NCBI GenBank assembly: GCA_049325335.1
Contig: JBMOMC010000001.1
Location: 256,001 to 320,000 of the forward strand
DNA length: 64,000 bases
Direction of reading: 5' to 3'
Source of the DNA: Nitrospirota bacterium
GTDB taxonomy: Bacteria; Nitrospirota; Nitrospiria; 2-01-FULL-66-17
Part shown: piece after piece, positions 47,706-56,921 of the stretch
Layout of the letters: each line of letters begins with the position of its first letter
Numbering within the stretch: the stretch's first letter is position 1
Notes under the pieces: model-generated
Databases searched by the model: none
Told to the model about the DNA's origin: nothing
The model's input: only the letters and a program-made list of their open reading frames with translations
Made by a program: the position numbers and the translations under genes

Positions 47706-48665
47706 ATGGCCGATACCTTCTACATCCCGATCATCGCGCTCCGCCACCAATGGGCCAAGGAGTTTCAACTCGGCCAAGGGTTCGAACTGGTCCGATTTCC
47801 CTCTGCGGTGGCCGACGGGTATCGAGAGTTCGACCACGGGTTATTTCGAAAGCGCCACGGCGAGACCCTCCTGCGCGAGATTCAGAACTGTTATTGCCTG
47901 AAAATCTCCTGGCCGATCGAGCCGTTCAAAACGACGCGGGAAATGGTGTACCACCTCGAAGATCCGGCCATTACGTTGTTGATCGTGCTCCGGATCATCA
48001 AGCCCACCAGCGCCGGGCTGCGGACAATGTTTCACGTCCCGGCCACGCTGGAACTCGGGATGCCCTTCGACTTCGTGGACTATCGGATGCAGGGCTTCGC
48101 CATGCGACGGGCGGACGATGTCCCGGTGTTTACCGACGAGGACGTCCCCACCATCGTCTACTACTACGCCAAACTCCTCGAGCTGCTCAAGCGCGAATAC
48201 CACCACCGCCGCATCTTCAACGCGCTGCGGTTTTTCGACCTAGGGTTTCGAAGCGAAAACCTGGACTCTCGTCTGATTTATTTCTCCATCGCGTTGGAGG
48301 TACTGTTCAAGCCGCTGCGCGGGAGGATCAGCCGAGGCATGACGGACCGAATCGTGGACTTTCTCGGGACGACCCCGGCGGAACGCGACGCGATTACCCG
48401 CACCGTGCTCGCGTTTATCGACCTGAAAGCGCGTATTACACACGGCGACATGACGTATTTCGACATTACGCGGCCTGAAAACGTCGCGCTGGTCCGGGAG
48501 CAGGAAGACCTGCTCCGCACCGTACTCCAAAAAATTCTCCAAAAGGACAAACTTATTCAAATCTTCTCTCAAGTCCGAGAACGCGACGCGTATTTCGACC
48601 AACGACTGGGGCCGTCTCCTCCAGCGGTGCGGCGCCCGGCCGCGGGGGGGAGCGCCCCGGCCTAA
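47706..48665 (+). CDS. Hypothetical protein with ApeA-like HEPN C-terminal domain
   Basis: RIFNALRFF, SRLIYFSIALEVLF and IDLKARITHGD resemble the xYxxRSxxxHG HEPN signature. Confidence 0.65.
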   Translation: MADTFYIPIIALRHQWAKEFQLGQGFELVRFPSAVADGYREFDHGLFRKRHGETLLREIQNCYCLKISWPIEPFKTTREMVYHLEDPAITLLIVLRIIKPTSAGLRTMFHVPATLELGMPFDFVDYRMQGFAMRRADDVPVFTDEDVPTIVYYYAKLLELLKREYHHRRIFNALRFFDLGFRSENLDSRLIYFSIALEVLFKPLRGRISRGMTDRIVDFLGTTPAERDAITRTVLAFIDLKARITHGDMTYFDITRPENVALVREQEDLLRTVLQKILQKDKLIQIFSQVRERDAYFDQRLGPSPPAVRRPAAGGSAPA

Positions 48666-50500
48666 CCGCGACGCGTCGGAGCGTCTTGCAGGGCGCGCAG
48701 GACCAGCCGCGCCAACACATCGGTCATCCCCGGCACCGACCGAACGTCTTCTTCCGAGGCTTCGGCCAGCCGTTCCACGCTGCCGAAACGCGCCAGCAGC
48801 GCCCGCTTCCGGGCGGGCCCGATCCCGACCACCGTGTCCAACCGCGACTGCGCGAGACGGCGGTGACGCACCGCGCGGTGATAGGTAATCGCGAAACGGT
48901 GGGCTTCGTCACGAATGCGCTGTAACAGCCGCGTGGACGCCGCGGTCGGGTCCAGCGCCAGCGCGTCGGACGCGCCGGGCAGGAACACCCGCTCGCCCTT
49001 TTCCCCGCGCTCCTTGGCCAGGCCGATCACGGCAAGGCCGTCGTTGCCCACGGGAACACCGAGCGCGCGGAGCGCGTCGAGCGCAGCGGACAGTTGTCCC
49101 CGCCCGCCGTCGATCACCACCACGTCCGGCCACGGCCCGTTCCGTTCTTGCGCGCGGGCATACTGTCGAGTGACCACTTCGTAGAGCATCCCGAAATCAT
49201 TCGCGCCCGCAACGGTCTTGACCGCGAACTTCCGGTAGTCGGCCTTCTTCATCCGGCCGTCCTCCCACACCACCATTGAGCCGACCGCTTGGTCGCCCTG
49301 AAAGTTGGAGATGTCGAACGCCTCGATGCGTCGAGGCGTCGCCGAGAGGGACAACACGCCTTGCAGTTCGCGCGCCTCCGCCTCTCCGGCGCGCTCGCGC
49401 CGTCGGTGGTCCGCCATGGCCGCCTCGGCGTTCTCTCGGGCCAGATCGAGCAGTCGCGCGTCCGGACCGCGGGACGGTGCGGTGAGCTTGACGCGATTGC
49501 CGCGTCGTTCGGACAGCCACGCGGCCAACACGGCCGCGTCGGACACCTCGACGGGCAGAAGGATCTCCGGGGGCACCAGGATCTCCCGATCGTAGAGTTG
49601 TTGCAGCACCGCGGTCACCAGCGCGGCATCATCGGGCTCGGCTCGCGGCCAATAAAAATCCTTCCGCCCGATGAGCATTCCCCCGCGCACAAACAGCACC
49701 TGGACGTCCGCGGACTCGCCGTCACGCGCGAGCGCCACCACGTCGTGGTCCTCCTGACGCGTGGAGGTGATGCGTTGGCGCTCAAGCACCTTGCGAATCC
49801 GGCCGATCTGATCCCGGATCCGCGCGGCCTCTTCAAAACGAAGCGCCTCCGCGGCGGCGGCCATCCGCGATTCCAATGCGCCCATCAATTCGTGGTCGCG
49901 GCCTTCCAGGAACAGCCGGACCTGGCCGATCATCTCTCGATAATCCGACCGGGTCTGTCGGCCGGTGCACGGCGCCAGACACCGGCCGATTTCGTATTCG
50001 ATGCACGCGCGGTCCGCGGTTCCGTCGATCGTGATCGAACAATTGGGCAACGGAAACGCGTACCGCAAAACCCGCAGCGTTTCGCGCAGCGCGTTGGTCG
50101 GGACGTACGGACCGAAATACAGGGCCCCGTCGCGCGCCACCCGCCGAACGATCTCCGGGCGGGGATACGCCTCCTGCATGGCCAGACGGATGAACGGATA
50201 CTGTTTGTCGTCCCGCAGAACCACGTTGTACTTGGGACGGTGTTTTTTGATCAGGTTGTTTTCAAGAATGAGGGCTTCCAGCTCGGAGCCGGTGATGAGA
50301 TACTCGATATCCTGCACGTGCGCGACCAATGCGGCGGTTTTCGGGGCCAGGCGCCCGGCGGGCTGGCCATACGAGCGCACGCGGTCCCGGAGGGATTTGG
50401 CCTTGCCCACGTACAAGATCCGTCCCCCGGCGCCGCGCATCACGTACACGCCGGGCCCGGAGGGCGCCTCGGCCGCCCGTTTCAACGCATCGACCGCCAT
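48662..50500 (-). CDS. uvrC: Excinuclease ABC subunit C
   Basis: PGVY..ILYVGKAKSLRDRVRSY (GIY-YIG), RIEAFDISN, IDGGRGQL, QRIRDEAHRFA, HhH domain. Confidence 0.97.
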   Translation of the reverse strand: MAVDALKRAAEAPSGPGVYVMRGAGGRILYVGKAKSLRDRVRSYGQPAGRLAPKTAALVAHVQDIEYLITGSELEALILENNLIKKHRPKYNVVLRDDKQYPFIRLAMQEAYPRPEIVRRVARDGALYFGPYVPTNALRETLRVLRYAFPLPNCSITIDGTADRACIEYEIGRCLAPCTGRQTRSDYREMIGQVRLFLEGRDHELMGALESRMAAAAEALRFEEAARIRDQIGRIRKVLERQRITSTRQEDHDVVALARDGESADVQVLFVRGGMLIGRKDFYWPRAEPDDAALVTAVLQQLYDREILVPPEILLPVEVSDAAVLAAWLSERRGNRVKLTAPSRGPDARLLDLARENAEAAMADHRRRERAGEAEARELQGVLSLSATPRRIEAFDISNFQGDQAVGSMVVWEDGRMKKADYRKFAVKTVAGANDFGMLYEVVTRQYARAQERNGPWPDVVVIDGGRGQLSAALDALRALGVPVGNDGLAVIGLAKERGEKGERVFLPGASDALALDPTAASTRLLQRIRDEAHRFAITYHRAVRHRRLAQSRLDTVVGIGPARKRALLARFGSVERLAEASEEDVRSVPGMTDVLARLVLRALQDAPTRRG

Positions 50501-50557
50501 GGACCCGATTCTACGTCCGGGCGCGGCCTCGATCAATCGCCCCGGACCCCGGCGGCG

Positions 50558-52051
50558 TCACTGACGCGTCGGAGCGTCCGCCGACACGGGCCCCGCGGTG
50601 TCCTCGAAGAGCCGGGTGATCTCGGGTTGGTCGCGCTTGCGGACGAGCACGAACACGTGGTCCGCGACCTCCAGGCACGTGTGCCCACGGGGCGCCAGGA
50701 CCTGACCGGCGCGAACCACCATGGCGATGAACGTCTCGGGGGGGAACGAGAGATCCTTGATCAACCGACCCACGGCCGGACTCCGTTGATCGAGGTAATA
50801 GTCCACGATACGACGGTCGGTCTGCTCGATCGAGGTGATATGGAGGCGATGACGCGGTTCAGGACGACGATGGCTGTGCAGCCCCAACGCCCGGGCCGCC
50901 CACGAAATGGTGGTGCCCTGCAGGAGCACCGAGGTCACCACCACGAAGAAAATCAGATCGAAAAACGCCGGGCCGTTAGGAAGACCGGCCAACACCGGAA
51001 ACGTGGCCAGAATGATCGGCACCGCGCCGCGCAACCCCACCCACGAGATCAACAGCCGCTCACGGACCGTGAAGCGGGTCACCACCAACGAGAGGAACAC
51101 GGCGGCCGGACGGGCCACCAGGATCAGAAACGCGGAGAGCATCAATCCCTGGTCCGCGACCGCCCAAAGTCGGCTGGGAAACGAGAGCAGCCCGAGCGCG
51201 ACGAACATGACGATTTGCATGAGCCACGCCAAGCCGTCATGAAAGTCGAGGATCAACCGCTGGGACACGGTGACCCGCTGACCAATGGTCAGGCCCGCCA
51301 GATACACCGCCATAAACCCGCTCCCGCCCACCGCGTTGGTAAAGCTGAACGTCCCCAGCCCGATCGCCAAGGTCATGACCGGATAGAGGCCCGAGGATTC
51401 CAAACGAATTCGGTTGATCGCCCAGGCTCCGGCCATGCCGAAGGTGAGTCCGATGACCGTCCCCGAAACCGCCTGATACCCGAGTTCCGCCAGAATGTCG
51501 GCCAGCGACAGGCCTCGCCCGGTCGTCAACACCTCCGTCACGGCGATGGTCATGAACACCGCCATCGGGTCGTTCATGCCGGACTCCACCTCCAACGCGG
51601 ACTCCACGGGCCGCGGCAGCTTCGTGTTCTGGCTACGGAGAACCAGGAACACGGCGGCAACGTCCGTGGACCCCACGATACTTCCCAGCAGGATCCCTTC
51701 GAGCAGGGACCACCCCATCCACCATGCGGCGAACGCGCCGAGCGCCACCGCGGTGAACAACACTCCCAACGTGGCGAGGCTCGTCGCAGGACGGACCCCG
51801 AGACTGAACGCGCGCGGCCCGGTATCCAACCCACCGGCAAAGAGGATCAACGCGAGTGCCACCAACCCCACGTCCTGGGTGAGTTGATAATTTTCGAACG
51901 CAATACCTCCCAACCCCTCGGAACCGGCTACCATCCCGACCACCATAAAAAACAACAGGGCGGGGACGTTGAGACGGCGGGACAGTTTGGTCAGGACGAC
52001 CCCCAGCAACAGCAGCCACGGGCCGATCGTGAGCACGGCGTGAATCGTCAT
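50558..52051 (-). CDS. cvrA: Potassium/proton antiporter (CvrA/NhaP2) with C-terminal TrkA-C domain
   Basis: ILFAGGLDT, GSTDVAAVF, LEVESGMNDPMA, WVGLRGAVPIILATFP. Confidence 0.92.
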   Translation of the reverse strand: MTIHAVLTIGPWLLLLGVVLTKLSRRLNVPALLFFMVVGMVAGSEGLGGIAFENYQLTQDVGLVALALILFAGGLDTGPRAFSLGVRPATSLATLGVLFTAVALGAFAAWWMGWSLLEGILLGSIVGSTDVAAVFLVLRSQNTKLPRPVESALEVESGMNDPMAVFMTIAVTEVLTTGRGLSLADILAELGYQAVSGTVIGLTFGMAGAWAINRIRLESSGLYPVMTLAIGLGTFSFTNAVGGSGFMAVYLAGLTIGQRVTVSQRLILDFHDGLAWLMQIVMFVALGLLSFPSRLWAVADQGLMLSAFLILVARPAAVFLSLVVTRFTVRERLLISWVGLRGAVPIILATFPVLAGLPNGPAFFDLIFFVVVTSVLLQGTTISWAARALGLHSHRRPEPRHRLHITSIEQTDRRIVDYYLDQRSPAVGRLIKDLSFPPETFIAMVVRAGQVLAPRGHTCLEVADHVFVLVRKRDQPEITRLFEDTAGPVSADAPTRQ

Positions 52052-52155
52052 GATCGCAAGCGCGACACGCAGGCACTGTATCAGAGCGGGTAAAGACCCC
52101 GCAAGAATCACGACGTTTTGACGCGTCCGTCTCCTCGATGGTATAGTCCGCGACC

Positions 52156-52614
52156 GTGCCGTCCTACCTCGTCATGTGGGCGCATCTCGTGGCGCTCGTG
52201 GTCTTTATCGGCAGTCACGTGTTCCTGGGACTGGTGGTCCGCCCGCTCGCCGCCGGAACCCCGGAGCACGCGGACCTGCTCCGCCGCATCGGCCGTCGCG
52301 CCAAAACGTTCGCGTGGAGCGGCCTGGTGCTACTGCTCATCACCGGATTCTTCAACCTGTTGAACGAAGGCGGCTCCGCGCGCATCGAATCCGCGTGGGG
52401 CGGCGTGTTGATGCTCAAGCTGCTGTTGGTGTTCGCGCTGATCGGTTTATCCGTGGTCCACGACTTTATTCTCGACCCGTACGGACCGGGCGCGGAGCGC
52501 GGGCCGGCCGCCCGCGTGGCCGCGCGCGCGCGAACTGCGGCACGCGTGCAATCGGGTATTATTGTACTTTCGGTCGTGGTGTTATTGGTCGCCGCGTATT
52601 TGGCGAAAACGTAA
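52156..52614 (+). CDS. CopD/DUF4149-like 4-TM membrane protein
   Basis: WAHLVALVVFIGS, LLLITGFFN, LMLKLLLV..LSVVHDF. Confidence 0.75.
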   Translation: MPSYLVMWAHLVALVVFIGSHVFLGLVVRPLAAGTPEHADLLRRIGRRAKTFAWSGLVLLLITGFFNLLNEGGSARIESAWGGVLMLKLLLVFALIGLSVVHDFILDPYGPGAERGPAARVAARARTAARVQSGIIVLSVVVLLVAAYLAKT

Positions 52615-52647
52615 TGTTCGGGATTTCCTACGGACTGGAGCCACGCG

Positions 52648-53133
52648 ATGTCGCGCGTCACTACACGGCAAGCCTCGGTCGCTTTGATGGAACGGCTCGA
52701 AACCTACGGGTACGTCTCCGTGGGCGTGAGCTTCCTGGTGCTCGGCATGGCGGTTTTCGCGTACGGATGGTACGACTTCATCCAGTCCGTGCAGAACCAC
52801 GTGCCCCGAGCGGTGCTGGTGCTGCTCAACGACCTGTTGTTGGTGGTCATCTTGCTCGAGCTATTTCACACCATCGTCAATTTTCTCAGTACACGCGAAA
52901 TCAGCCTTGAACCGTTTCTACATGTCGGGATCATCGCCGCGGTACGAAAGATCTTAACCGTGGGCGCCGAGATGGTGATCGTGGAACCCATCGACCACGA
53001 CCGATTCAACCAGTACCTGCTGGACATCGGCGTTCACGGGCTGGTGGTCTTGGCGCTGGTGATCGGACTGCACTTTTACCGCGCCGGCCGGAGATCCGGC
53101 GCACCCGCTGTGTCGCCCTCACCCGCGCCGTGA
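52648..53133 (+). CDS. PsiE-family membrane protein
   Basis: LNDLLLVVILLELFHTI and LEPFLHVGIIAAVRKIL. Confidence 0.82.
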   Translation: MSRVTTRQASVALMERLETYGYVSVGVSFLVLGMAVFAYGWYDFIQSVQNHVPRAVLVLLNDLLLVVILLELFHTIVNFLSTREISLEPFLHVGIIAAVRKILTVGAEMVIVEPIDHDRFNQYLLDIGVHGLVVLALVIGLHFYRAGRRSGAPAVSPSPAP

Positions 53134-53450
53134 CGTCATCCGACGCGCGATGGGGGGCGCGCATGAGCATCGATCAAACCGTCCGGGTCCGCACCCGAGA
53201 CGGGGAACGTTCGGCCCGCATGCAAGACCTCAGTCTCACCGGCTGTTTTCTCGAAACCGGATTCAGTTACACCGTCGGGACCATGGTCTCACTGACGTTT
53301 CATCTGCAAAACGACTCCGAGCAGTCCCTCACCATTGAAGCGCGCGTGGCGCGTCGCACCGCCCGCGGCGTGGGCATTCGATTCGTTTTCACCGACGCGC
53401 ACGCGCCCGCAGCGATCAAGCGCTGGGTGGCGTCCCAAGGGACGGAATAG
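53130..53450 (+). CDS. PilZ-domain protein
   Basis: RWGAR (RxxxR), DLSLTG (DxSxxG), GVGIRF. Confidence 0.88.
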   Translation: MTSSDARWGARMSIDQTVRVRTRDGERSARMQDLSLTGCFLETGFSYTVGTMVSLTFHLQNDSEQSLTIEARVARRTARGVGIRFVFTDAHAPAAIKRWVASQGTE

Positions 53451-53468
53451 CCGGATCGTCACGCGTCA

Positions 53469-54533
53469 TCAGTACCCGCCCAACGGCGAATAGATGACGG
53501 ACAGGCCGACCAGCCCTTCGAGCCAGGCCTCGGTGTCGCCTTTGGACAAGGGCAGTCGGTTGAGCCGCATTTCGAGCGTAAACCCGTCATGAGCCCCGAC
53601 CGCGCCGAGCACGGTGTACGCGTCATGGCCGCCAGGAAGCAGCGACGCGGTCGGAAATTCTCCCAGCGTCGCCACCACCCGCCCGCGCGGCGACACCGCA
53701 TCGGCGATCGCCGGCAGGTCGTTGAGGCTCGCGTGCACGAACCCGCGGTGCAGCAACTTGGTCGCGGGCTGCAACGCGTGAAACGCGGAGAGCGCGTCCG
53801 TCGGCCATCCCGACAGGTACGTTCGCAACACCGCGGGCTGCACGCCGAGTCGTTCCACCAGCCGCGCCGTCGGCACCAACAGCGCATACCGATCCTCGAT
53901 CACGTATTCGAACTGGCACGGACCGAACGCGTCGGGCCATGACCCGGAGATGCGGCACCCGGGTTCCGCCGACCCCACCATGGGCGCGCCCTCGGACCAG
54001 TCCACGAACAACGGGAGGTCCAACGCTTCGAGCGCCGCGGCCAGGGCCTCGGCCCGCTCGGTCACCCAGCGCTCGCGCCTCGCGTCCTGTCCGCCCTCCC
54101 CCGGCGTCAGAATCTCCGTCGGCACCAGCCGGATCCTGATGAACCCGTGCGTGTCGCGAAACCCGACCCAAAACATCGCTTCGCGATGGTGCGCCGACAG
54201 GTCGCCCACGATGGGAATCCGCCACGGATGGCTGATCGAAAGATACGCTTCCATGGACGCGCGTTCCCGATACAGCTCGTGGTGCCGACCCGCCAGCACG
54301 AACAAATCGCCGGACCACGCCTCGTCGATCTCGATCAACGTGACTTCATCGATCGGCCACGGATCAAGACGCCGCAGGTCCTCCAGGCGATCGACCCAAA
54401 ACTCCTCGAAGTAACACGCGCCCACCTGGTCGGGTGCCCGCACCGGCACCCCCGCGTTCCGCAGCCGGCCGCACAGCCGGAGTAGGTCGTCGAACCCCAC
54501 CGGCTCGCGCGTCTCCCAGCGATGTTCACGCAT
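53469..54533 (-). CDS. Hypothetical protein (354 aa)
   Basis: Long ORF with native codon bias; co-directional with and 27 bp downstream of mlaD; no recognisable motif. Confidence 0.7.
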   Translation of the reverse strand: MREHRWETREPVGFDDLLRLCGRLRNAGVPVRAPDQVGACYFEEFWVDRLEDLRRLDPWPIDEVTLIEIDEAWSGDLFVLAGRHHELYRERASMEAYLSISHPWRIPIVGDLSAHHREAMFWVGFRDTHGFIRIRLVPTEILTPGEGGQDARRERWVTERAEALAAALEALDLPLFVDWSEGAPMVGSAEPGCRISGSWPDAFGPCQFEYVIEDRYALLVPTARLVERLGVQPAVLRTYLSGWPTDALSAFHALQPATKLLHRGFVHASLNDLPAIADAVSPRGRVVATLGEFPTASLLPGGHDAYTVLGAVGAHDGFTLEMRLNRLPLSKGDTEAWLEGLVGLSVIYSPLGGY

Positions 54534-54560
54534 GAGACGTGAGGTATTTTCGCGGCAGGA

Positions 54561-56000
54561 TTACCGCCGCAACAGGCCGCTGCCGACCAGGTACTTGAGG
54601 TCCTCGTCGTCAAAGGTCAGGCCGCCGCCCACGAACGCGGTGTCGAGTTCGCGATTAAACGGATTGTCGTAGCCGGCTTGCAGGTAGAGGTAGTTGAGGA
54701 AGCGGTACCGGGCGGTGGCTTTGGCGTGGACGTTTTCGGTGAGCGGGTCGTCGCTGGAAAAGTCCCACAGGTCCACGCTGAGCTGCAGGCCGGGCTCGTC
54801 CAGAAAATAGTCCGCGCCCACGCCGAAACTGTTCTCCATCAAACCGCCGCGCAGACCGAGATCGCCGAACCGACGGAAATATTCAATGGAAAATTTGATC
54901 TTGCGTTCGGTTTTGAGTTGTTCCGTCAACGTCGGCGCGCCGTTGTTGACGCTGACGCTGGTAGTGGTCTTGGTGACCCGGCCGAGGGGATCGTCGACCA
55001 CTTCAATGATGTAGCTCTTGTTTTCTCGCGGGGTAATGTGCAAGCCGAAATACCCCTTGTTCTCGCCCTCCGAAAGTTGATACTCGTTGCGCGCGTCGAG
55101 CGTGAGTCGGATTTGGTCGATCTTGTTGAGCGTGCCGCTCAGACCGGTGAGCGCGGTGTTGAGCTTCTCGTAGGCCTGATCGTCGTTGATCAACTTGCCG
55201 AGCGTGCCCTTGCCGGTTTCCAGGTTCTTGGACACGGTGTTGAGGCTCGCCAACGCCTCGTCCAACTTGTTATACGCGGCTTCGTCGGTCAACAATTTGC
55301 CGAGCGTACCGTCTCCGCGCTCAAGGCGATCCGCGATCCGATTGAGCGTGGCCACCAACTTCGGACCCTCGTCGCGCAACGCGCGCATGAACTCCTCGGC
55401 GTGCGCCACCGTGTCTTTCACGCCCTCTCGGTTCTCGGCGACGATGTGATCCAGGTTTTCCGCCACGTTGCGAAAGTGCGTGACGATCTCTTTGAGCGAC
55501 CGCTCGCCCTCGCCCGTGCCCAGCGCGCCGCGCAAGGACGCGGTCACGGCCTTCACGTCATCCGCGATCGCGCCGAACCGGTTGATCAACGTATCCAGAT
55601 CCGCGGTCACTTCCGCCTGGGGAAGTTCGGCGCCGTCACCCACGAATCCGGGCTCTCGGCCCGGGAGGATCTCCACGTATTTGTCGCCCAACAATCCCGC
55701 GGCTTTGACCACGGCTCGGCTGCCGTTGGGGACTCGGAACCCCGGCCGAATCCGCATCAACACCTTGGCGCGGGAGTCTTCCAGCGACATGGCCTCGACT
55801 TCCCCGATCGGCACGCCAGCCATTTTGACCGGCGCGTTTTTATCCAAACCCGCCGCGGAATCGAACAGCGTGGACATCCGCGAGCCTTCCACCTGACGGA
55901 ACGCGAAGTCCTTGAGTTGGAACGACCCCCACAACAACGCCCCCAGCGCCAGCGCCACCACGGCGCCCACGCGCGCTTCCACGCCGAATGCCTTCATCAT
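54561..56000 (-). CDS. mlaD: MCE/MlaD family protein with long helical region and C-terminal beta-strand-rich domain
   Basis: EARVG, AAGLDKNAPVKMAGVPIGEV, GLLGDKYVEI, GTLGKL repeats; C-terminal aromatic strands. Confidence 0.9.
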   Translation of the reverse strand: MMKAFGVEARVGAVVALALGALLWGSFQLKDFAFRQVEGSRMSTLFDSAAGLDKNAPVKMAGVPIGEVEAMSLEDSRAKVLMRIRPGFRVPNGSRAVVKAAGLLGDKYVEILPGREPGFVGDGAELPQAEVTADLDTLINRFGAIADDVKAVTASLRGALGTGEGERSLKEIVTHFRNVAENLDHIVAENREGVKDTVAHAEEFMRALRDEGPKLVATLNRIADRLERGDGTLGKLLTDEAAYNKLDEALASLNTVSKNLETGKGTLGKLINDDQAYEKLNTALTGLSGTLNKIDQIRLTLDARNEYQLSEGENKGYFGLHITPRENKSYIIEVVDDPLGRVTKTTTSVSVNNGAPTLTEQLKTERKIKFSIEYFRRFGDLGLRGGLMENSFGVGADYFLDEPGLQLSVDLWDFSSDDPLTENVHAKATARYRFLNYLYLQAGYDNPFNRELDTAFVGGGLTFDDEDLKYLVGSGLLRR

Positions 56001-56052
56001 CCTCGGAACTCCACTGGTTGAGTCCTGGAGGCCCGTCCGAATATCGGGGACT

Positions 56053-56178
56053 GGAGCCTGTTCAGGAAGGCGTCAGATGCAAGGCGAAGCGAGGAATCCC
56101 CCCGGAGCGTACTGGTTCGTACGTGAGGAGGGATTCCGAAGCGACAACGCCGCAGATGACCCTTCCTGGACAGGCTCC
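56053..56178. mobile_element. 126-bp MITE-like element with 18-bp terminal inverted repeats
   Basis: GGAGCCTGTTCAGGAAGG / CCTTCCTGGACAGGCTCC (1 mismatch); internal GGAATCCC..GGGATTCC and CGTAC..GTACG arms. Confidence 0.75.
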
Positions 56179-56921
56179 TAGACGGCAATGGGTCCCTCCG
56201 CACTGCCCGTGATAAACTGTCGCACGATCGGGTTGCGGCTCGCCCGGATCTCCTCCGGCGTGCCGACCTCCAGAATTTGGCCTTGGTACAACATCGCGAT
56301 CCGGTCGGCGATTTTGTACGCGCTGGTCATGTCGTGGGTGATGGCGATCGACGTCATTTTCAGTTGCCGCTTGAGACGAATGATCAACTCATTGATCACG
56401 TCGGCCATGATCGGATCCAGCCCCGTGGTGGGCTCGTCGTACAACATGATCTGCGGGTCGTGCGCGATCGCGCGCGCCAACCCCACCCGTTTTTTCATCC
56501 CGCCGGACAAATCCGCGGGCATCATGTCTTCCACGCCCTTGAGCCCCACCAACGCCAGTTTCTCCCGCGCGATCTCTCGAATCTCGCGCGGCGGGCGTTT
56601 GGCGTGCTGGGTGAGCCAGAACCCCACGTTCTCCCACACCGAGAGCGAATCGAACAACGCCGCGCCCTGAAACAACATGCCGAACTTCTTGCGCAGGTCG
56701 GTCAACTGCGTTTCATCCAGACCACCCACTGCCTGGCCGTCCACCACGACCCGGCCCTGATCCGGCGCCATCAGCCCGATCACGTGTTTGAGCAACACGC
56801 TTTTGCCGGTTCCGCTCCCCCCGATGACGACCATGGTTTCTCCGCGCTCAATGGTCAACGTTAACCCCGCGAGCACCACTTTGCTGCCGAATCGCTTGTG
56901 CAAGTCCTGGATCTGGATCAT
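56178..56921 (-). CDS. mlaF: Mla-type ABC ATP-binding protein
   Basis: GGSGTGKSVLLK, GMLFQGAALFDSL, LSGGMKKRVGLARA, YDEPTTGLDP. Confidence 0.93.
   Translation of the reverse strand: MIQIQDLHKRFGSKVVLAGLTLTIERGETMVVIGGSGTGKSVLLKHVIGLMAPDQGRVVVDGQAVGGLDETQLTDLRKKFGMLFQGAALFDSLSVWENVGFWLTQHAKRPPREIREIAREKLALVGLKGVEDMMPADLSGGMKKRVGLARAIAHDPQIMLYDEPTTGLDPIMADVINELIIRLKRQLKMTSIAITHDMTSAYKIADRIAMLYQGQILEVGTPEEIRASRNPIVRQFITGSAEGPIAV

Noticed and set aside
49289..52093. 934-aa plus-strand ORF
   Set aside because: Antisense shadow of uvrC and cvrA; Arg/His/Gly-rich with no motifs, as expected in high-GC DNA.
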